From assembly GCA_016872285.1 (NCBI GenBank), contig VGZZ01000002.1, positions 66,314-130,313 on the forward strand: a stretch of 64,000 nt of DNA, read 5' to 3'. Each line of letters opens with the position of its first letter. Within the stretch, counting starts at the first letter, position 1. A model generated the notes under the pieces. It was not told where the DNA came from. It ran no database searches and worked only from the letters and a program-made list of their open reading frames with translations. The stretch is from SAR202 cluster bacterium. GTDB lineage: Bacteria; Chloroflexota; Dehalococcoidia; Lucifugimonadales; GCA-2712585. Shown here in pieces: positions 47,330 to 57,570 of the stretch. The translations under genes were made by a program, and so were the position numbers.

Positions 47330-48574
47330 TTACCCAGTCGCGGCGGTGCGGTAGCGCCAGAGGGAGCGGAGTTTGAGGATGATGAGGAGGCTTAAAACAA
47401 GGCCTATGGAGGCGTCGATGGCGAGGGCGATGGGGGCGGACCAGAGGTCGGCGATGGCGCCGGTCATGAGGAGGCCCAGGGGAAGGCCGTAAATAGCCAT
47501 GGAGCGCATCCCCATGACGCGGCCTCGAAGGGAGCCAGGGGTCACTTTGAGCAGGAGCATGTGGCTGGTGACCTGGGAGAAGGACTGGAAGAGGCCGGCG
47601 AGGAAAAGGAGCGCCAGCGAGATGCTGAACCAGGAGGACGCGGAAAACAAGACTGTGAGGGCGTACCAGCCGAACATGCCTATTAAGGTAAACCGCCCAG
47701 GCCTCTGCAAGCCGCTGAGGGAGGCCACAGTTATCGACCCCAGGAAGGCGCCGGTGGAGGAGACCCAGAGGAGGACAGCCAGGCCAAAGGCGTCGGTGTC
47801 CAGGACGTCTTTGGCAAAGACCGGGAGCAGGCCGTAGGTGAGGGGGAAGGCGGCGAAGTTGACCAGAAAGGCCAGAAGCATTATCGCCAGGAGCAGCTCG
47901 TCACGGCGAACATAAGCGGCGGCCTCGGCTACGTTTTTCAAGACCGACAGGGGCTGCCTGGAGGCCGCGATAACCGGCACGCGCACCGGCAGGGTGAAGA
48001 CGGCGGCGAGGATAAAAATAACGAGAAGGGTGGCGTAGACCCAGGAAAGGCTGGTCTGCTCCACCAGCACGCCGCCGATGAGAGGGCCCGCCATGGAAGC
48101 CGCGCTATGCCCAATGCCGTTGACGGCTACGGCGTTCAGAAGGCGGTCACCGGACACGATATCTGCCATAACGGCGTCGCGAGTCACCGAATTAAAGGAC
48201 TTCCCAAGCCCACTTAGGGTGATAACAATGAAAACATGCCACACTTCCAGGCTATCAGAAACAGCCAGGGTGAGAACGCAGATAGAGAGGCCAATCAAAA
48301 AGAGCCGGAGAAGGAGCAGGAGGCGCTGTCGGTCCAGGCGGTCCACCACCGCGCCGTAGAAGGGCGACAGCAAGGTGCCGAACCATCGCAGGGCGCCGAA
48401 GAGGCCCAGGAGGAAGGGCGAGTCGGTCTCGACCAGCACAAACCAGGCCAGGGCAACGAACTCGATCTGCTCGGCCAGGGCGATGAGGGAATCGGAGCCC
48501 CAGAGACCGCGGAAGCTGCGGTCTTTGAAGACCTCAAGGGGCTTCCAGCGTGTTAGATAGGGGAGCTTGACCAT
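47330..48574 (-). CDS. MFS transporter
   Basis: 414 aa with about 12 TM segments and a DRLDRQRLL motif after TM2. Confidence 0.9.
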   Translation of the reverse strand: MVKLPYLTRWKPLEVFKDRSFRGLWGSDSLIALAEQIEFVALAWFVLVETDSPFLLGLFGALRWFGTLLSPFYGAVVDRLDRQRLLLLLRLFLIGLSICVLTLAVSDSLEVWHVFIVITLSGLGKSFNSVTRDAVMADIVSGDRLLNAVAVNGIGHSAASMAGPLIGGVLVEQTSLSWVYATLLVIFILAAVFTLPVRVPVIAASRQPLSVLKNVAEAAAYVRRDELLLAIMLLAFLVNFAAFPLTYGLLPVFAKDVLDTDAFGLAVLLWVSSTGAFLGSITVASLSGLQRPGRFTLIGMFGWYALTVLFSASSWFSISLALLFLAGLFQSFSQVTSHMLLLKVTPGSLRGRVMGMRSMAIYGLPLGLLMTGAIADLWSAPIALAIDASIGLVLSLLIILKLRSLWRYRTAATG

Positions 48575-48663
48575 TGAATTAGCGAGGCTGGAGAGTCTTA
48601 AAGGTCAACGAAGGTACTTACTGTTAGTCTGCTCTTGATATTAACCCCGACCTTGCTCCGCAA

Positions 48664-48803
48664 TCCTTCTCGCTCAGGATGGTTGTCGCTAATTTTGAGC
48701 GTTGGAGCTACTTGCCAGCGAGAAAAGACGCAGGACGCGGCAGTAAAATGACTAACGAAGTTACCGTCATAACAGATTCCTCGACTACGCTCGGAATGAC
48801 AAT
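48664..48803 (+). repeat. Family-D repeat units
   Basis: tccttctcgctcaggatgg (48664-48682) and gattcctcgactacgctcggaatgacaa (48776-48803). Confidence 0.65.
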
Positions 48804-48900
48804 ATGTTTCCTTTTCATTAGCCTCAATCCTCAACTAGTGAGGAAGGTATTCGCATAGGAAGAGGACCAGAAGAGGCCGATAAAGCGAAGAGAATTATCA

Positions 48901-50160
48901 TTAAGCCTGTCTGGCGCCGACTTTGCGCAAGGGGAGGGAGAAGAGGAGCATGGTGGAGAGGAGGGTGATGCCGCCGGCGTAGTAAAAGACGTAGGTGACA
49001 CCAAAGGCGTCGGAGATGCCGCCGGCGATGAGGGGGGAGGAGGCGGCGAGGACGCCCTGGGCGCCCTGGACGACGCCGATGGCGGTAGCCTCGGTGCCGA
49101 CGCCGACGATGTCGATGATGGCGGCCTGCATGATCTGGCCGAGGGAGAAGGTGAAGAGGCCGATGCCGGCCATTATCGCCAGGACGGCCCAATCGTTGGT
49201 CATTTGAACGAAGACGATGGAGAGGACGCCTACCATAAGGGTGCCGAAGACCAGCACGCCTTTACGGCCTACGTTGTCGGAGATGGTGCCGAGGATGGGA
49301 GAGGCGAAGGTGCCCAGGCCGGTGAGCATGGCGAAGTAGAGGCCCAGCTTGATGCCCTCGTCATTGAAGCCGCGCTCTTCGACGAGGTATATCGGCACGA
49401 AGGTGGTGATGGCGCTGCCGCCCATGCCTCGCAGGAGGCTGGAGGTGAGGAGGCCCCAGATAATGGGGTTTCGCATCATCTGCCGCGCGCCCTGGAGGCG
49501 GGTCCGCAGGTCCGGGCCCTTCTTGTCCGACCTGCCGCCGACGTTTTGCAGGGACCACCAGATAACTCCGGCGATGATCACTGCGGGGATGGCGTAAACG
49601 AGGAAGATTTCCCGCCAGAAAAAGATGCCCAGCAGGGCGCTGGCTACGATGGGGCCGATGGCATTGCCCACGTTGCCGCCGACGCCGTGTATTGATAAAG
49701 CGAAGCCGCGTTTGTCCGGGAAGCGCTGGGAGAGGGCGGCGATGCCGGGGAGGTGCCAGATGGTGCCGGGCAGTGCGATCATGAGCATGGCGAGGAGCAG
49801 CACCCAGTAGTTGGGGGCGAGGCCCATGAGGACGTAGGCTACACAGGTCCAGAGCATGGTCATGACCAGGATCATGCCCCATTTGCGCTGCACCATGTCG
49901 ATGGCGAAGCCCGCGGGGATGCTGACGAGGCCGCTGGCGAGGTTGCGCACAAAGGTCATGGCACCTATTTGGAGATCGGTGAGGCCCAGGTCTTCCTTGA
50001 TGGTCGGGATCATGACCAGGAAGCTTTCGGAGTACCAGTGGGTGATGCCGTGGCCTATGGAGAGGTTGCTGAGGACAAAGTAGCGGTTCTCTTTGAACGC
50101 GCCCTTCTTCCGGTCCCCTGGGCCTGGCGGGACCCCGGCCGCTGTCGGTGATTTTGCCAT
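48901..50160 (-). CDS. MFS transporter
   Basis: 419 aa with about 12 TM segments. It lies immediately downstream (same strand) of the amidohydrolase-2 array. Confidence 0.9.
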   Translation of the reverse strand: MAKSPTAAGVPPGPGDRKKGAFKENRYFVLSNLSIGHGITHWYSESFLVMIPTIKEDLGLTDLQIGAMTFVRNLASGLVSIPAGFAIDMVQRKWGMILVMTMLWTCVAYVLMGLAPNYWVLLLAMLMIALPGTIWHLPGIAALSQRFPDKRGFALSIHGVGGNVGNAIGPIVASALLGIFFWREIFLVYAIPAVIIAGVIWWSLQNVGGRSDKKGPDLRTRLQGARQMMRNPIIWGLLTSSLLRGMGGSAITTFVPIYLVEERGFNDEGIKLGLYFAMLTGLGTFASPILGTISDNVGRKGVLVFGTLMVGVLSIVFVQMTNDWAVLAIMAGIGLFTFSLGQIMQAAIIDIVGVGTEATAIGVVQGAQGVLAASSPLIAGGISDAFGVTYVFYYAGGITLLSTMLLFSLPLRKVGARQA

Positions 50161-50347
50161 GGGGCTAGGCTTTAGCCGCCAGGGCGTGGATTAAATGTGA
50201 GGTGTTGTGGGTGGTCATTAGGTGTGTATTGATTGATAGGGGACGCTCAAAAATTCCGAGCGATTATACACCTGTCGAGGCGCAAATCCATAACGGGGAT
50301 GATTAGGGGCGGTTGGTCTGCGTGAAAAACGAGCTTTGTTCTTAAGC

Positions 50348-50465
50348 GGGGCCACCATCCCCTGGCCCCTTCCTTTCAGGAAGGGGAAGAGAAATAAGGA
50401 TCACCTCATCACCCTCTAACTCCCTCTTCTCCTTTGCAATAGGAGAAGAGGGAGAACCAAATGGG
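50348..50465 (+). repeat. Family-A repeat, copy A5 (lacks the CTTCGGCCAGGCTCAGGACGGCG module)
   Basis: GGGGCCAccatccccTGGCCCCTTCCtttcaGGAAGGGGaagagaaataaggatcacctcatcaccctctaaCTCCCTCTTCTCCtttgcaataGGAGAAGAGGGAGaaccaaatggg. Confidence 0.9.
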
Positions 50466-50540
50466 ATACCCAACCCCATCCGACAAAAAAGTACGTGGTT
50501 TTTATAAGCTAAGTGAACACGCATCTCGCGTCAGTTGGGA

Positions 50541-50648
50541 GGAGAAGATAAAAATTGCACCAATCCCCCCTCTAGCCCGCCTTTCTTCCCTCGGGAGGTA
50601 CTTGGCGCAGACTCATCGTAATAGGAGAAGAAGGATAACCAGACGGGA
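50541..50648 (+). repeat. Family-A-related partial repeat, copy A5b
   Basis: gagaagataaaaattgcaccaatcccccctcta..cttccctcgggaggtacttggcgcagac..aataggagaagaaggataaccagacggg. Confidence 0.6.
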
Positions 50649-50733
50649 CACGTTCCAAGCGGAGTCTCAGTGACGCGCTAGAAAGAGAGAATAGCGCGTC
50701 TAACGCAGGGCAATGTCCCCCATGGACGAGGAA

Positions 50734-51861
50734 CTACTTGCTGTAGAGGCGGCGGACGTTGCCGCTGACTATTAGGGCTTGCTCGTCCTCGGGGACGCCG
50801 GCGAGGATTTCAGAGAGGACTTCGCGGGAGCGGGGGAAGGTGGACTCGGCGTGGGGGTAGTCGTTGCCCCACATGATCTGGGTTACGCCGATGACATCGC
50901 GAAGGCGAATGCCCGGGCCGTCCTCCTGGAAGCTGTGCCAGACGTTGCGTCGCATGTAGTCGCTGGGGGTCATGCTTTCTTTGTATCGATAGGTAGCCTG
51001 GGTAGGACGCTCGATGTAGGTCACGTCCATACGGTGCATGAAGAAGGGCAGCCAGGACAGCTCGTGCTCGACGTTGGCGACTCGAAGTTTAGGGAATCGC
51101 TCGAAGACGCCGGAGATGATAAGGTGGCCGAGGGAGAAGCGGACGGGAAAGTCGTTGTTGCAGCGGTCGACGGCGGTCTGGACGACTTTGCCGTTGACGA
51201 TGAGCTTGGCGTTGCCGGGTCGGACGGTGCCGAGGTGGAGGCTCAGGGGCAGGCCGATGTCCTGGGCGGCGGCCCAGAAAGGCTCGTAGTCAGGCTTGCC
51301 GTAGTCCTGGCCGGGCTTGGGGCCGGTGGGGATCATGGCGCCCTTAAGGCCAAGGTTGGCCACGTACTGAAGGTCGGCGATGCTGGCGGGGATGTCCTCC
51401 ATATCCAGAAGCACGATGCCGATGCCGTTAAGCCCGCCGGGAAAGGGCTTGCAGAAGTCGGCCAGCCAGTGGTTGTAGGCCTTGAAGGCGGCGCGGACGA
51501 AGGTGGAGTCATCGAGGCCGTAGAAGCCGGCGGTGGTGGAGGCGTAAAGGAAGTCGCCGGAGACGCCGTCGGACTGGATATCTTTCATATGGGCGTGGGG
51601 GTCGTAGCCGCCGGGGACGGTGTCGCGGGCAAACTTGCCTTCCAGGGTGATGGTCTGGGGCTGGGTATAGCGTTTGCCGGCGGAGGAGGTGGTGCCGATG
51701 GCGCCGAGGCCCTGACCGTTGACCATCCAGCGGTCAACCTTGTCGCCTATTTGTAGGTGTGGGATACGGTCGCCCCAGGTCTTTTTGTCCATACGTTCCG
51801 TCCAGAGGTTGGGCGGCTCGACGACATGGGAGTCGGAGGAGATGACGGGGGCTTCAATCAT
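50734..51861 (-). CDS. Amidohydrolase-2 family protein (DSH-type paralog, P1)
   Basis: 375 aa. It has VISSDSHVVEPP, LSLHLGT, NVEHELSWLPFF and WGNDYPHAESTFP blocks. Confidence 0.93.
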   Translation of the reverse strand: MIEAPVISSDSHVVEPPNLWTERMDKKTWGDRIPHLQIGDKVDRWMVNGQGLGAIGTTSSAGKRYTQPQTITLEGKFARDTVPGGYDPHAHMKDIQSDGVSGDFLYASTTAGFYGLDDSTFVRAAFKAYNHWLADFCKPFPGGLNGIGIVLLDMEDIPASIADLQYVANLGLKGAMIPTGPKPGQDYGKPDYEPFWAAAQDIGLPLSLHLGTVRPGNAKLIVNGKVVQTAVDRCNNDFPVRFSLGHLIISGVFERFPKLRVANVEHELSWLPFFMHRMDVTYIERPTQATYRYKESMTPSDYMRRNVWHSFQEDGPGIRLRDVIGVTQIMWGNDYPHAESTFPRSREVLSEILAGVPEDEQALIVSGNVRRLYSK

Positions 51862-51892
51862 TTGCAGTTCCCTTTTTAAACCAGATTTAGCT

Positions 51893-53020
51893 TTATTTCA
51901 GTCCATAAAGCCTACGGCAGTTACCGCTGGCAATCAAGGTCTTCTCATTCTCCGGTACTCCAGCGAGGACTCGGTCCAAAATCTCACGCGACTTGGGGAA
52001 GGTGGACTCGGCGTGGGGATAATCGTTGCCCCACATGATTTGCGATACGCCGATGATCTCGCGCAGCTGGATGCCGACGGCGTCTTCCTGGAAGCCGTGG
52101 AAAACGTTGCGGTGCATGAAGTCTCGAGGCAGCATGTCCCCTTTATATCGATACGTGGCTTGAGTAGGACGTTCGATATAAGTGGAGTCCATACGCATCA
52201 TGAAGTATGGCAACCAGGACAGCTCATGCTCGACATTTACTACCTTTAGGTTGGGATAGCGCTCGAAGACGCCCGAGAAAACCAGCGCTCCGAGAGACAG
52301 CCTCACCCAGTGGTCGGAGGTGCACCGTTCCGGGGCGCCCTGGATGATTTTGCCATCTGCACCGCGCATCTGGATGGTGCCAGGCCGCTTGGTGCCGACG
52401 TGGAGACTTAGAGGCATATTCAGATCCTGAGCGGCGGCCCATAGCGGGTCATACATCGGGTGGTCGTAGGTCTCGGCGGGACGCGGATAGACTGGAATCA
52501 TCGCGCCCTTGAGGCCGAGTTTGGCGGCGCGTTGAAGCTGCTTGATGCCCGCGTCCATGTCGTCGTCCACCAGGATTTGGGCGACGCCGTTGAGCCGACC
52601 CGGGTAGCCGCGGCAGAAGCCGGCCAGCCACTCGTTATAGGCGTCGAAGACGGCGCGGAGGAACCGCGAGTCCTCCACGGCGTACATGTTGCCGCACACG
52701 GAGGAATATAGGACATCAGCGGAGACGCCATCCAGTTCCAAGTCTTTGATGTGAGCGCGGGGGTCGTAGCCGCCGGGGGGAACGCGGGCGAAGTTGCCTT
52801 CCAGCGTTATGTCCTGGGGCCGTGTAAACCTCATGCCGGCTGAGGACGCGCCGCCCAGGGTGCCGACGTTCTCGCCGTCGCAGAGCCAGCGGTCGTAGGG
52901 GTTGCCTTTGACGAGGCGGGGGATTCGCTGGCCCCACCTCTTGGCGTCCATGCGCTCAGTCCAGAGTTGGGGAGGCTCGACCACGTGGGAGTCGGAGGAA
53001 ATGACGTCTAGCTTGGGCAT
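51893..53020 (-). CDS. Amidohydrolase-2 family protein (DSH-type paralog, P2)
   Basis: 375 aa, collinear with P1. Roughly half or more of residues are identical by eye. It carries the same motif set. Confidence 0.93.
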   Translation of the reverse strand: MPKLDVISSDSHVVEPPQLWTERMDAKRWGQRIPRLVKGNPYDRWLCDGENVGTLGGASSAGMRFTRPQDITLEGNFARVPPGGYDPRAHIKDLELDGVSADVLYSSVCGNMYAVEDSRFLRAVFDAYNEWLAGFCRGYPGRLNGVAQILVDDDMDAGIKQLQRAAKLGLKGAMIPVYPRPAETYDHPMYDPLWAAAQDLNMPLSLHVGTKRPGTIQMRGADGKIIQGAPERCTSDHWVRLSLGALVFSGVFERYPNLKVVNVEHELSWLPYFMMRMDSTYIERPTQATYRYKGDMLPRDFMHRNVFHGFQEDAVGIQLREIIGVSQIMWGNDYPHAESTFPKSREILDRVLAGVPENEKTLIASGNCRRLYGLK

Positions 53021-53073
53021 GGGAGGTTTTACCTCGATTTGTTGTCTTAGATTATCGGGGCCATTTTTCTGTG

Positions 53074-53186
53074 CGGGGCCACCTTCCCCTGGCCCCCTCC
53101 TTTCAGGAAGGGGAAGGAAAAATAATGCACCAATTCCCCCTCTAACTCCCCCTTTTCCTCGTGAGGAAAAGGGGGAGAACCAGACA
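53074..53186 (+). repeat. Family-A repeat, copy A6 (lacks the CTTCGGCC.. module)
   Basis: GGGGCCAccttccccTGGCCCCctcctttcaGGAAGGGGaaggaaaaataatgcaccaattccccctctaaCTCCCCCTTTTCCTCgtGAGGAAAAGGGGGAGaaccagacagg. Confidence 0.9.
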
Positions 53187-53220
53187 GGATAGGGCCATGC
53201 AAGTGCTGGCGGTAGGCATA

Positions 53221-53273
53221 GATTCTTCTGCTACATCCCGACGAGTACATCGGGACTTCGCTCAGAATGACAA
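53221..53273 (+). repeat. Family-D repeat unit with CATCGGGACT module
   Basis: gattcttctgctacatCCCGAcgagtacaTCGGGacttcgctcagaatgacaag. Confidence 0.65.
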
Positions 53274-53281
53274 GAGTAGGT

Positions 53282-54424
53282 CTAGGTGGGCGCAGTCACC
53301 TTTAGGTCGTAGAGATCAATGCAGTTGTCGGCGACGATCATTTTTATCTCGTTTTCGGGAACGCCGGCCAGGATTTCGTCCAGGACAGCCTGAGAGCGGG
53401 GGAAGGTGGACTCGGCGTGGGGATAGTCGCTGGCCCAGACGAGCTTGTCGAGGCCGATGAGCTGGCGCATCTGAACGCCGAGGCCGTCGTCCTGGAAGGA
53501 GTGGTAGACCTGGCGTTTCATGAAGTCGCTGGGCACCATGCCGTTTTTGAAGCGGTAGGGCGCCTGGGGCGGGCGTTCGATGTAGGTGACGTCCATGCGC
53601 TGCATATAGTAGGGAATCCAGGCGAGGTCATGTTCCACGTTGACGATTTTGAGGTTGGGATAGCGCTCCAGGACGCCGGAGAAGATGATATGGCCCATGG
53701 ACATGCGCGCCCAGTAGTCGGTGTTGGAGCGGTCCACGCCGGTCTGAGAGATCTTGCCATCCAGGCTGCGCATGGTAGTGGAGCCGGGGCGGTTGGTGCC
53801 GGTGTGGAGGCTGATGGGCATGCCAAGATCATGAGCGGCGGCCCAGAAGGGCTCGTAGAGGGGGAGGTTATAACCTTCGTGGGGGCGGGGCATGACGGGG
53901 ATCATGACACCGCACATGCCAGCCCTGGCGCATCGAGTCATCTCTCCGATGGCGCCTTCGATGTCCTCATCGAGGATGAGCATGGCGATGCCCTTGAGGC
54001 GGTCGGGGTAGGCGTTGCAGAAGTCGATGAGCCAGTCGTTGTAGGCGCGATTAACGTCGCGGAGGAGGACCTGGTCAGGGAGGGCATACACGTTGAGGCC
54101 GATGGAAGGATAGAGAACATCGGCCCAGACGCCGTCGACATCCAGGTCTTCGACGTGAGCCTTGGGGACGTAGCCGCCCTGGGGGACGTCGGCGAAGGAG
54201 CCTTCCAGGGTAATGGACTCAGGCTGGGAGTAGCGCTTGCCGAACTGGGAGATGCCGCCGAGGACGCCGACGCCGATGTTGTCGCAGTACCACTTGTCGA
54301 AGGGGTCGCCGCGCTCCAGGCGGGGGATGCGAGTGCCCCACTTCTTCTTGTCCATGCGGTCGGTCCAGAGAGTGGGCGGTTCGACGACGTGGGAGTCGGA
54401 GGAGACGATGAGCCTTTTACCCAT
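53282..54424 (-). CDS. Amidohydrolase-2 family protein (DSH-type paralog, P3)
   Basis: 380 aa. It has IVSSDSHVVEPP, ISLHTGT, NVEHDLAWIPYY and WASDYPHAESTFP blocks. A GGAGG SD lies upstream. Confidence 0.93.
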   Translation of the reverse strand: MGKRLIVSSDSHVVEPPTLWTDRMDKKKWGTRIPRLERGDPFDKWYCDNIGVGVLGGISQFGKRYSQPESITLEGSFADVPQGGYVPKAHVEDLDVDGVWADVLYPSIGLNVYALPDQVLLRDVNRAYNDWLIDFCNAYPDRLKGIAMLILDEDIEGAIGEMTRCARAGMCGVMIPVMPRPHEGYNLPLYEPFWAAAHDLGMPISLHTGTNRPGSTTMRSLDGKISQTGVDRSNTDYWARMSMGHIIFSGVLERYPNLKIVNVEHDLAWIPYYMQRMDVTYIERPPQAPYRFKNGMVPSDFMKRQVYHSFQDDGLGVQMRQLIGLDKLVWASDYPHAESTFPRSQAVLDEILAGVPENEIKMIVADNCIDLYDLKVTAPT

Positions 54425-54497
54425 GAGCGGCCTCCAATAAACGGATTCGGCTTAGCGTTGATAGAATTTTAAGGTATGCAGGCTGCTAGTTCAAATA

Positions 54498-55637
54498 CTA
54501 AAGCTTATACAGCTTTGCGGTGTTCTTGCTAAGGATCATTTCCTTCTCTTCTTCCGGCACACCTTTAAGGATTCGTTGCAATATCTCCTGGGACTTGGGG
54601 AAGGTGGACTCGGTGTGGGGGTAGTCCGAGCCCCAGACCAGCTTATCGACGCCGATGATGTGGCGGAGCTGGACACCCAGGGCATCTTCCTGGAAGCTGT
54701 GATAAACGTTACGTCGCATAAAATCGCTAGGGAGCATGGCGTTTTTGAATCGATAGGTGGCCTGGAAGGGCCGGTCTCGGTAGGTGGTGTCCATGCGGTC
54801 CATGAAGTAGGGAATCCACGATAGGTCTTGCTCCACGTTCACGAGTCGCAGGTCAGGGTAACGCTCTAGAACGCCGGAGAAGATGATGTGGCCCAGAGAC
54901 ATGCGGACCCAGTAGTCGGTGTTGGAGCGGTCGGCGGGGCCCTGGATGATTTTGCCCTGGGCGCCGAGGGTGTGGCTTCCGGGCCGCCGCGTGCCGATGT
55001 GAAGGCTGAGGGGCATGTCCAGGTCCTGGGCGATGGCCCACAGGGGCTCGTAGAGGGGCTGGTCGTAAAACTCTGGGGGCCGCGGGTAGATGGGAATCAT
55101 GGCGCCGCAGAGGCCGAGTTTGGCGGCGCGTCGGAGCTCGGCGAGGCCGGCTTCCATGTTATCGTCGGTGAGGATGTGGGCAATGCCTTTAAGGCGGCTA
55201 GGGGAGTAGGCACAGAAGTCGGTGAGCCAATCGTTGTAGGCAGAGAAGACGGCACGGAGGTAGGTGGAGTCGGAGACGGCGTACATGTTGGTGGCCACGG
55301 AGGAGTAGATAACGTCGGCCTCGATGCCATCGACGTCAAGGTCTTGGACATGGGCGTGGGGGTCGTAACCGCCGGGGAGGACATCGGCGAAGGAGCCCTC
55401 AAGTTTGATGTCGCTGGGGTTGGCGAAGCGCATGCCGGCGGTGGAGGCGCCGCCGATGGTGCCGACAGCGTGGCCGTCCACGTACCACTGGTCGTAGGTG
55501 AGGCCGCGGGACTGGTGGTGCTGGCGGACGGTGTGGGGGATGCGGTCGCCCCAGCGCTTTTTGTCCATGCGGTCGGTCCAGAGAGTGGGCGGCTCGACGA
55601 TGTGGGAGTCAGAGGAGAGGATGAGGGGCTTGATCAT
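54498..55637 (-). CDS. Amidohydrolase-2 family protein (DSH-type paralog, P4)
   Basis: ORF 54498-55832. The ATG at 55637 (MIKPLILSSDSHIVEPP) is preceded by AGGAG and lies 19 nt after the upstream stop. It carries the same motif set. Confidence 0.92.
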   Translation of the reverse strand: MIKPLILSSDSHIVEPPTLWTDRMDKKRWGDRIPHTVRQHHQSRGLTYDQWYVDGHAVGTIGGASTAGMRFANPSDIKLEGSFADVLPGGYDPHAHVQDLDVDGIEADVIYSSVATNMYAVSDSTYLRAVFSAYNDWLTDFCAYSPSRLKGIAHILTDDNMEAGLAELRRAAKLGLCGAMIPIYPRPPEFYDQPLYEPLWAIAQDLDMPLSLHIGTRRPGSHTLGAQGKIIQGPADRSNTDYWVRMSLGHIIFSGVLERYPDLRLVNVEQDLSWIPYFMDRMDTTYRDRPFQATYRFKNAMLPSDFMRRNVYHSFQEDALGVQLRHIIGVDKLVWGSDYPHTESTFPKSQEILQRILKGVPEEEKEMILSKNTAKLYKL

Positions 55638-55656
55638 GGTGACTCCTGCAACTCGG

Positions 55657-56787
55657 TCACGTGATCTTGTACAGCCGCTTGGTGTTGCCACCGATGATTT
55701 TGAGCCTATCTTCTTCCGGGACGCCTTCAAGAATACTCTCCAAAATCTGCTGCGACTTGGGGAAGGTGGACTCCGCATGGGGATAGTCAGAGCCCCAGAG
55801 GAGGTTGTCGGGGCCGATGAGGCCGCGGTCACGGACGCCCAATCCGTCCTCCTGGAAGCTATGAAAGACGTTGCGGCGCATGAAGTCGCTGGGGAGGGCG
55901 GCGCTCTTAAATCGGTACGGGGTCTGGGTGGGACGCTCGATGTAGGTGACGTCCATGCGTTGGATAAAGAAGGGTATCCAGGCCAGGTCGTGCTCCACGT
56001 TGACCACCTTGACGCCCGGATGCCGCTCGAAGACGCCGGAGTAGATGAGGTGGCATAGGGACTGGCGGAGCCAGTACTCGGCGTTGACGCGATTGCCGCC
56101 GGACTGGGCGGCCAGGTTCTCGCGCTTGGGGGCCTGGGTGTCGGGACGGTTGGTGGAGACGTGGAGGCTGAGGGGCAGGTCTACTTCCTCTACGGCGTTC
56201 CAGAAGGGTTCGTACATAGGACTGGCGTAGTTGTGCTCGGGAGAGGGGTAGACGCTGATCATGGCGCCGGCAAAGTGCTGGGCGGCGGCCTGCCGGAGGT
56301 CGGTGATGCCAGCCTCGATATCGTCATCGATTATTAGCATGGCGACGCCGCGGAGGCGGTGGGGAAGCTGGCGGCAGAAGTCTGCCACCCAGTCGTTGTA
56401 GGCGTGGAAGACCTGGCGGGCGAAGGCGGCGTCCCTCATGCTGAAAAGCTCCAGCCCGATGGAAGGATAAATGACTTCGCCGTAGACGCCGTCCATATCG
56501 ATGTCCTTGACGCGGGCTTTGGGGTCGTAGCCGCCGGGGCGGACATCGGCGATGCGGCCTTCGCGGACTATGTCCTGGGGTCTTTCAAAGCGGAGGCCGG
56601 CGGTGGCGCCGAAGGTGCCGATGACGCCCACCTTTTGGTGGTCTGCGAGCCATTGGTCGTAGAGGTCGCCGGGGACGACGTGGGGAATGCGGTCTCCCCA
56701 TTTCTTGGCGTCCATGCGGTCGGTCCAGAGGTTGGGAGGTTCTACAATGTGGGAGTCAGAGGAGATAACCAGCTTTTTGTCCACCAT
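55657..56787 (-). CDS. Amidohydrolase-2 family protein (DSH-type paralog, P5)
   Basis: ORF 55657-56877. The ATG at 56787 (MVDKKLVISSDSHIVEPP) is preceded by AGGAG. It has LSLHVST, NVEHDLAWIPFF and WGSDYPHAESTFP blocks. Confidence 0.92.
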   Translation of the reverse strand: MVDKKLVISSDSHIVEPPNLWTDRMDAKKWGDRIPHVVPGDLYDQWLADHQKVGVIGTFGATAGLRFERPQDIVREGRIADVRPGGYDPKARVKDIDMDGVYGEVIYPSIGLELFSMRDAAFARQVFHAYNDWVADFCRQLPHRLRGVAMLIIDDDIEAGITDLRQAAAQHFAGAMISVYPSPEHNYASPMYEPFWNAVEEVDLPLSLHVSTNRPDTQAPKRENLAAQSGGNRVNAEYWLRQSLCHLIYSGVFERHPGVKVVNVEHDLAWIPFFIQRMDVTYIERPTQTPYRFKSAALPSDFMRRNVFHSFQEDGLGVRDRGLIGPDNLLWGSDYPHAESTFPKSQQILESILEGVPEEDRLKIIGGNTKRLYKIT

Positions 56788-56925
56788 GGCAGCTCCTGTG
56801 TGCTTGGACGGCGGGGTGTTTGAGTCGGATTCTATGGCATGGAGTAGGGGGATGCAATGCCGTCCTGCACAAAACAATACACCCCGTTTTTAGCCGGGGC
56901 GTATTTAATCGAGAGTACTAAGGAG

Positions 56926-57570
56926 CTATTTTTTGGACTTGGCCTTGGCACTGTTTTTCTTCCTGGCGTCGTTGGGGCGAATCCAGGGCTCGGTGAGGGG
57001 GTTGGTCTTGGCGCGGGGGAAGGTGGCGCGGAAGCGGTGGAGGACCATTTCCGGCTCGATGGGCGCGTAGGGAAGATGCTCGGTCTCTTTAATCTTAGCG
57101 ACGATGACCCACGGCCCCGGCGTGCGGAGGGACTGTCGGAAGGTTGTTTCCAACTGCTCTTCGCTGCTGACGGTGGCGGTGTGGGGAATGCCGCAGCCAG
57201 CGGCCACTTTGGCGAGGTCGGTGCCGAAGGCGGTGTGGGAGGGCTGGTGGCCGGTCTGGCCCCACTCCTCGTTGTCCCAAACGATGACGATGAGGTTTTT
57301 GGGCTTCTCCCGGGCTATGGTGGAGAAGGCGCCCAGGTTCATAAGGAGTGAACCGTCGCCGTCCAATGAGACGACCTGTTCTTCCGTCGAGAGGGCCATG
57401 CCCAGGGCCATGGAGGAGCAGAGGCCCATGGAGCCCCAGGTGTAGAAGTTGCGGGGCCGGTCTCCGGCGTGCCAGAGCTCGTCCGTAGTGGGGCCCAGGT
57501 TGGCGACGATGGGGATAGGTTTGCTGCCGATGACTTTGAGGACTACTTTGGTGGCGTCGAATCTATGCAA
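56926..57570 (-). CDS. TPP-dependent decarboxylase, beta subunit (sulfopyruvate/phosphonopyruvate decarboxylase family, ComE-like)
   Basis: This is the real part of ORF 56926-57966. A TTG at 57570 gives (M)HRFDATKVVLKVIG and overlaps the alpha stop by 8 nt. It has the TPP-binding motif LDGDGSLLMNLG..N and a Lys-rich C-terminal tail. The start is uncertain. Confidence 0.8.
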   Translation of the reverse strand: MHRFDATKVVLKVIGSKPIPIVANLGPTTDELWHAGDRPRNFYTWGSMGLCSSMALGMALSTEEQVVSLDGDGSLLMNLGAFSTIAREKPKNLIVIVWDNEEWGQTGHQPSHTAFGTDLAKVAAGCGIPHTATVSSEEQLETTFRQSLRTPGPWVIVAKIKETEHLPYAPIEPEMVLHRFRATFPRAKTNPLTEPWIRPNDARKKNSAKAKSKK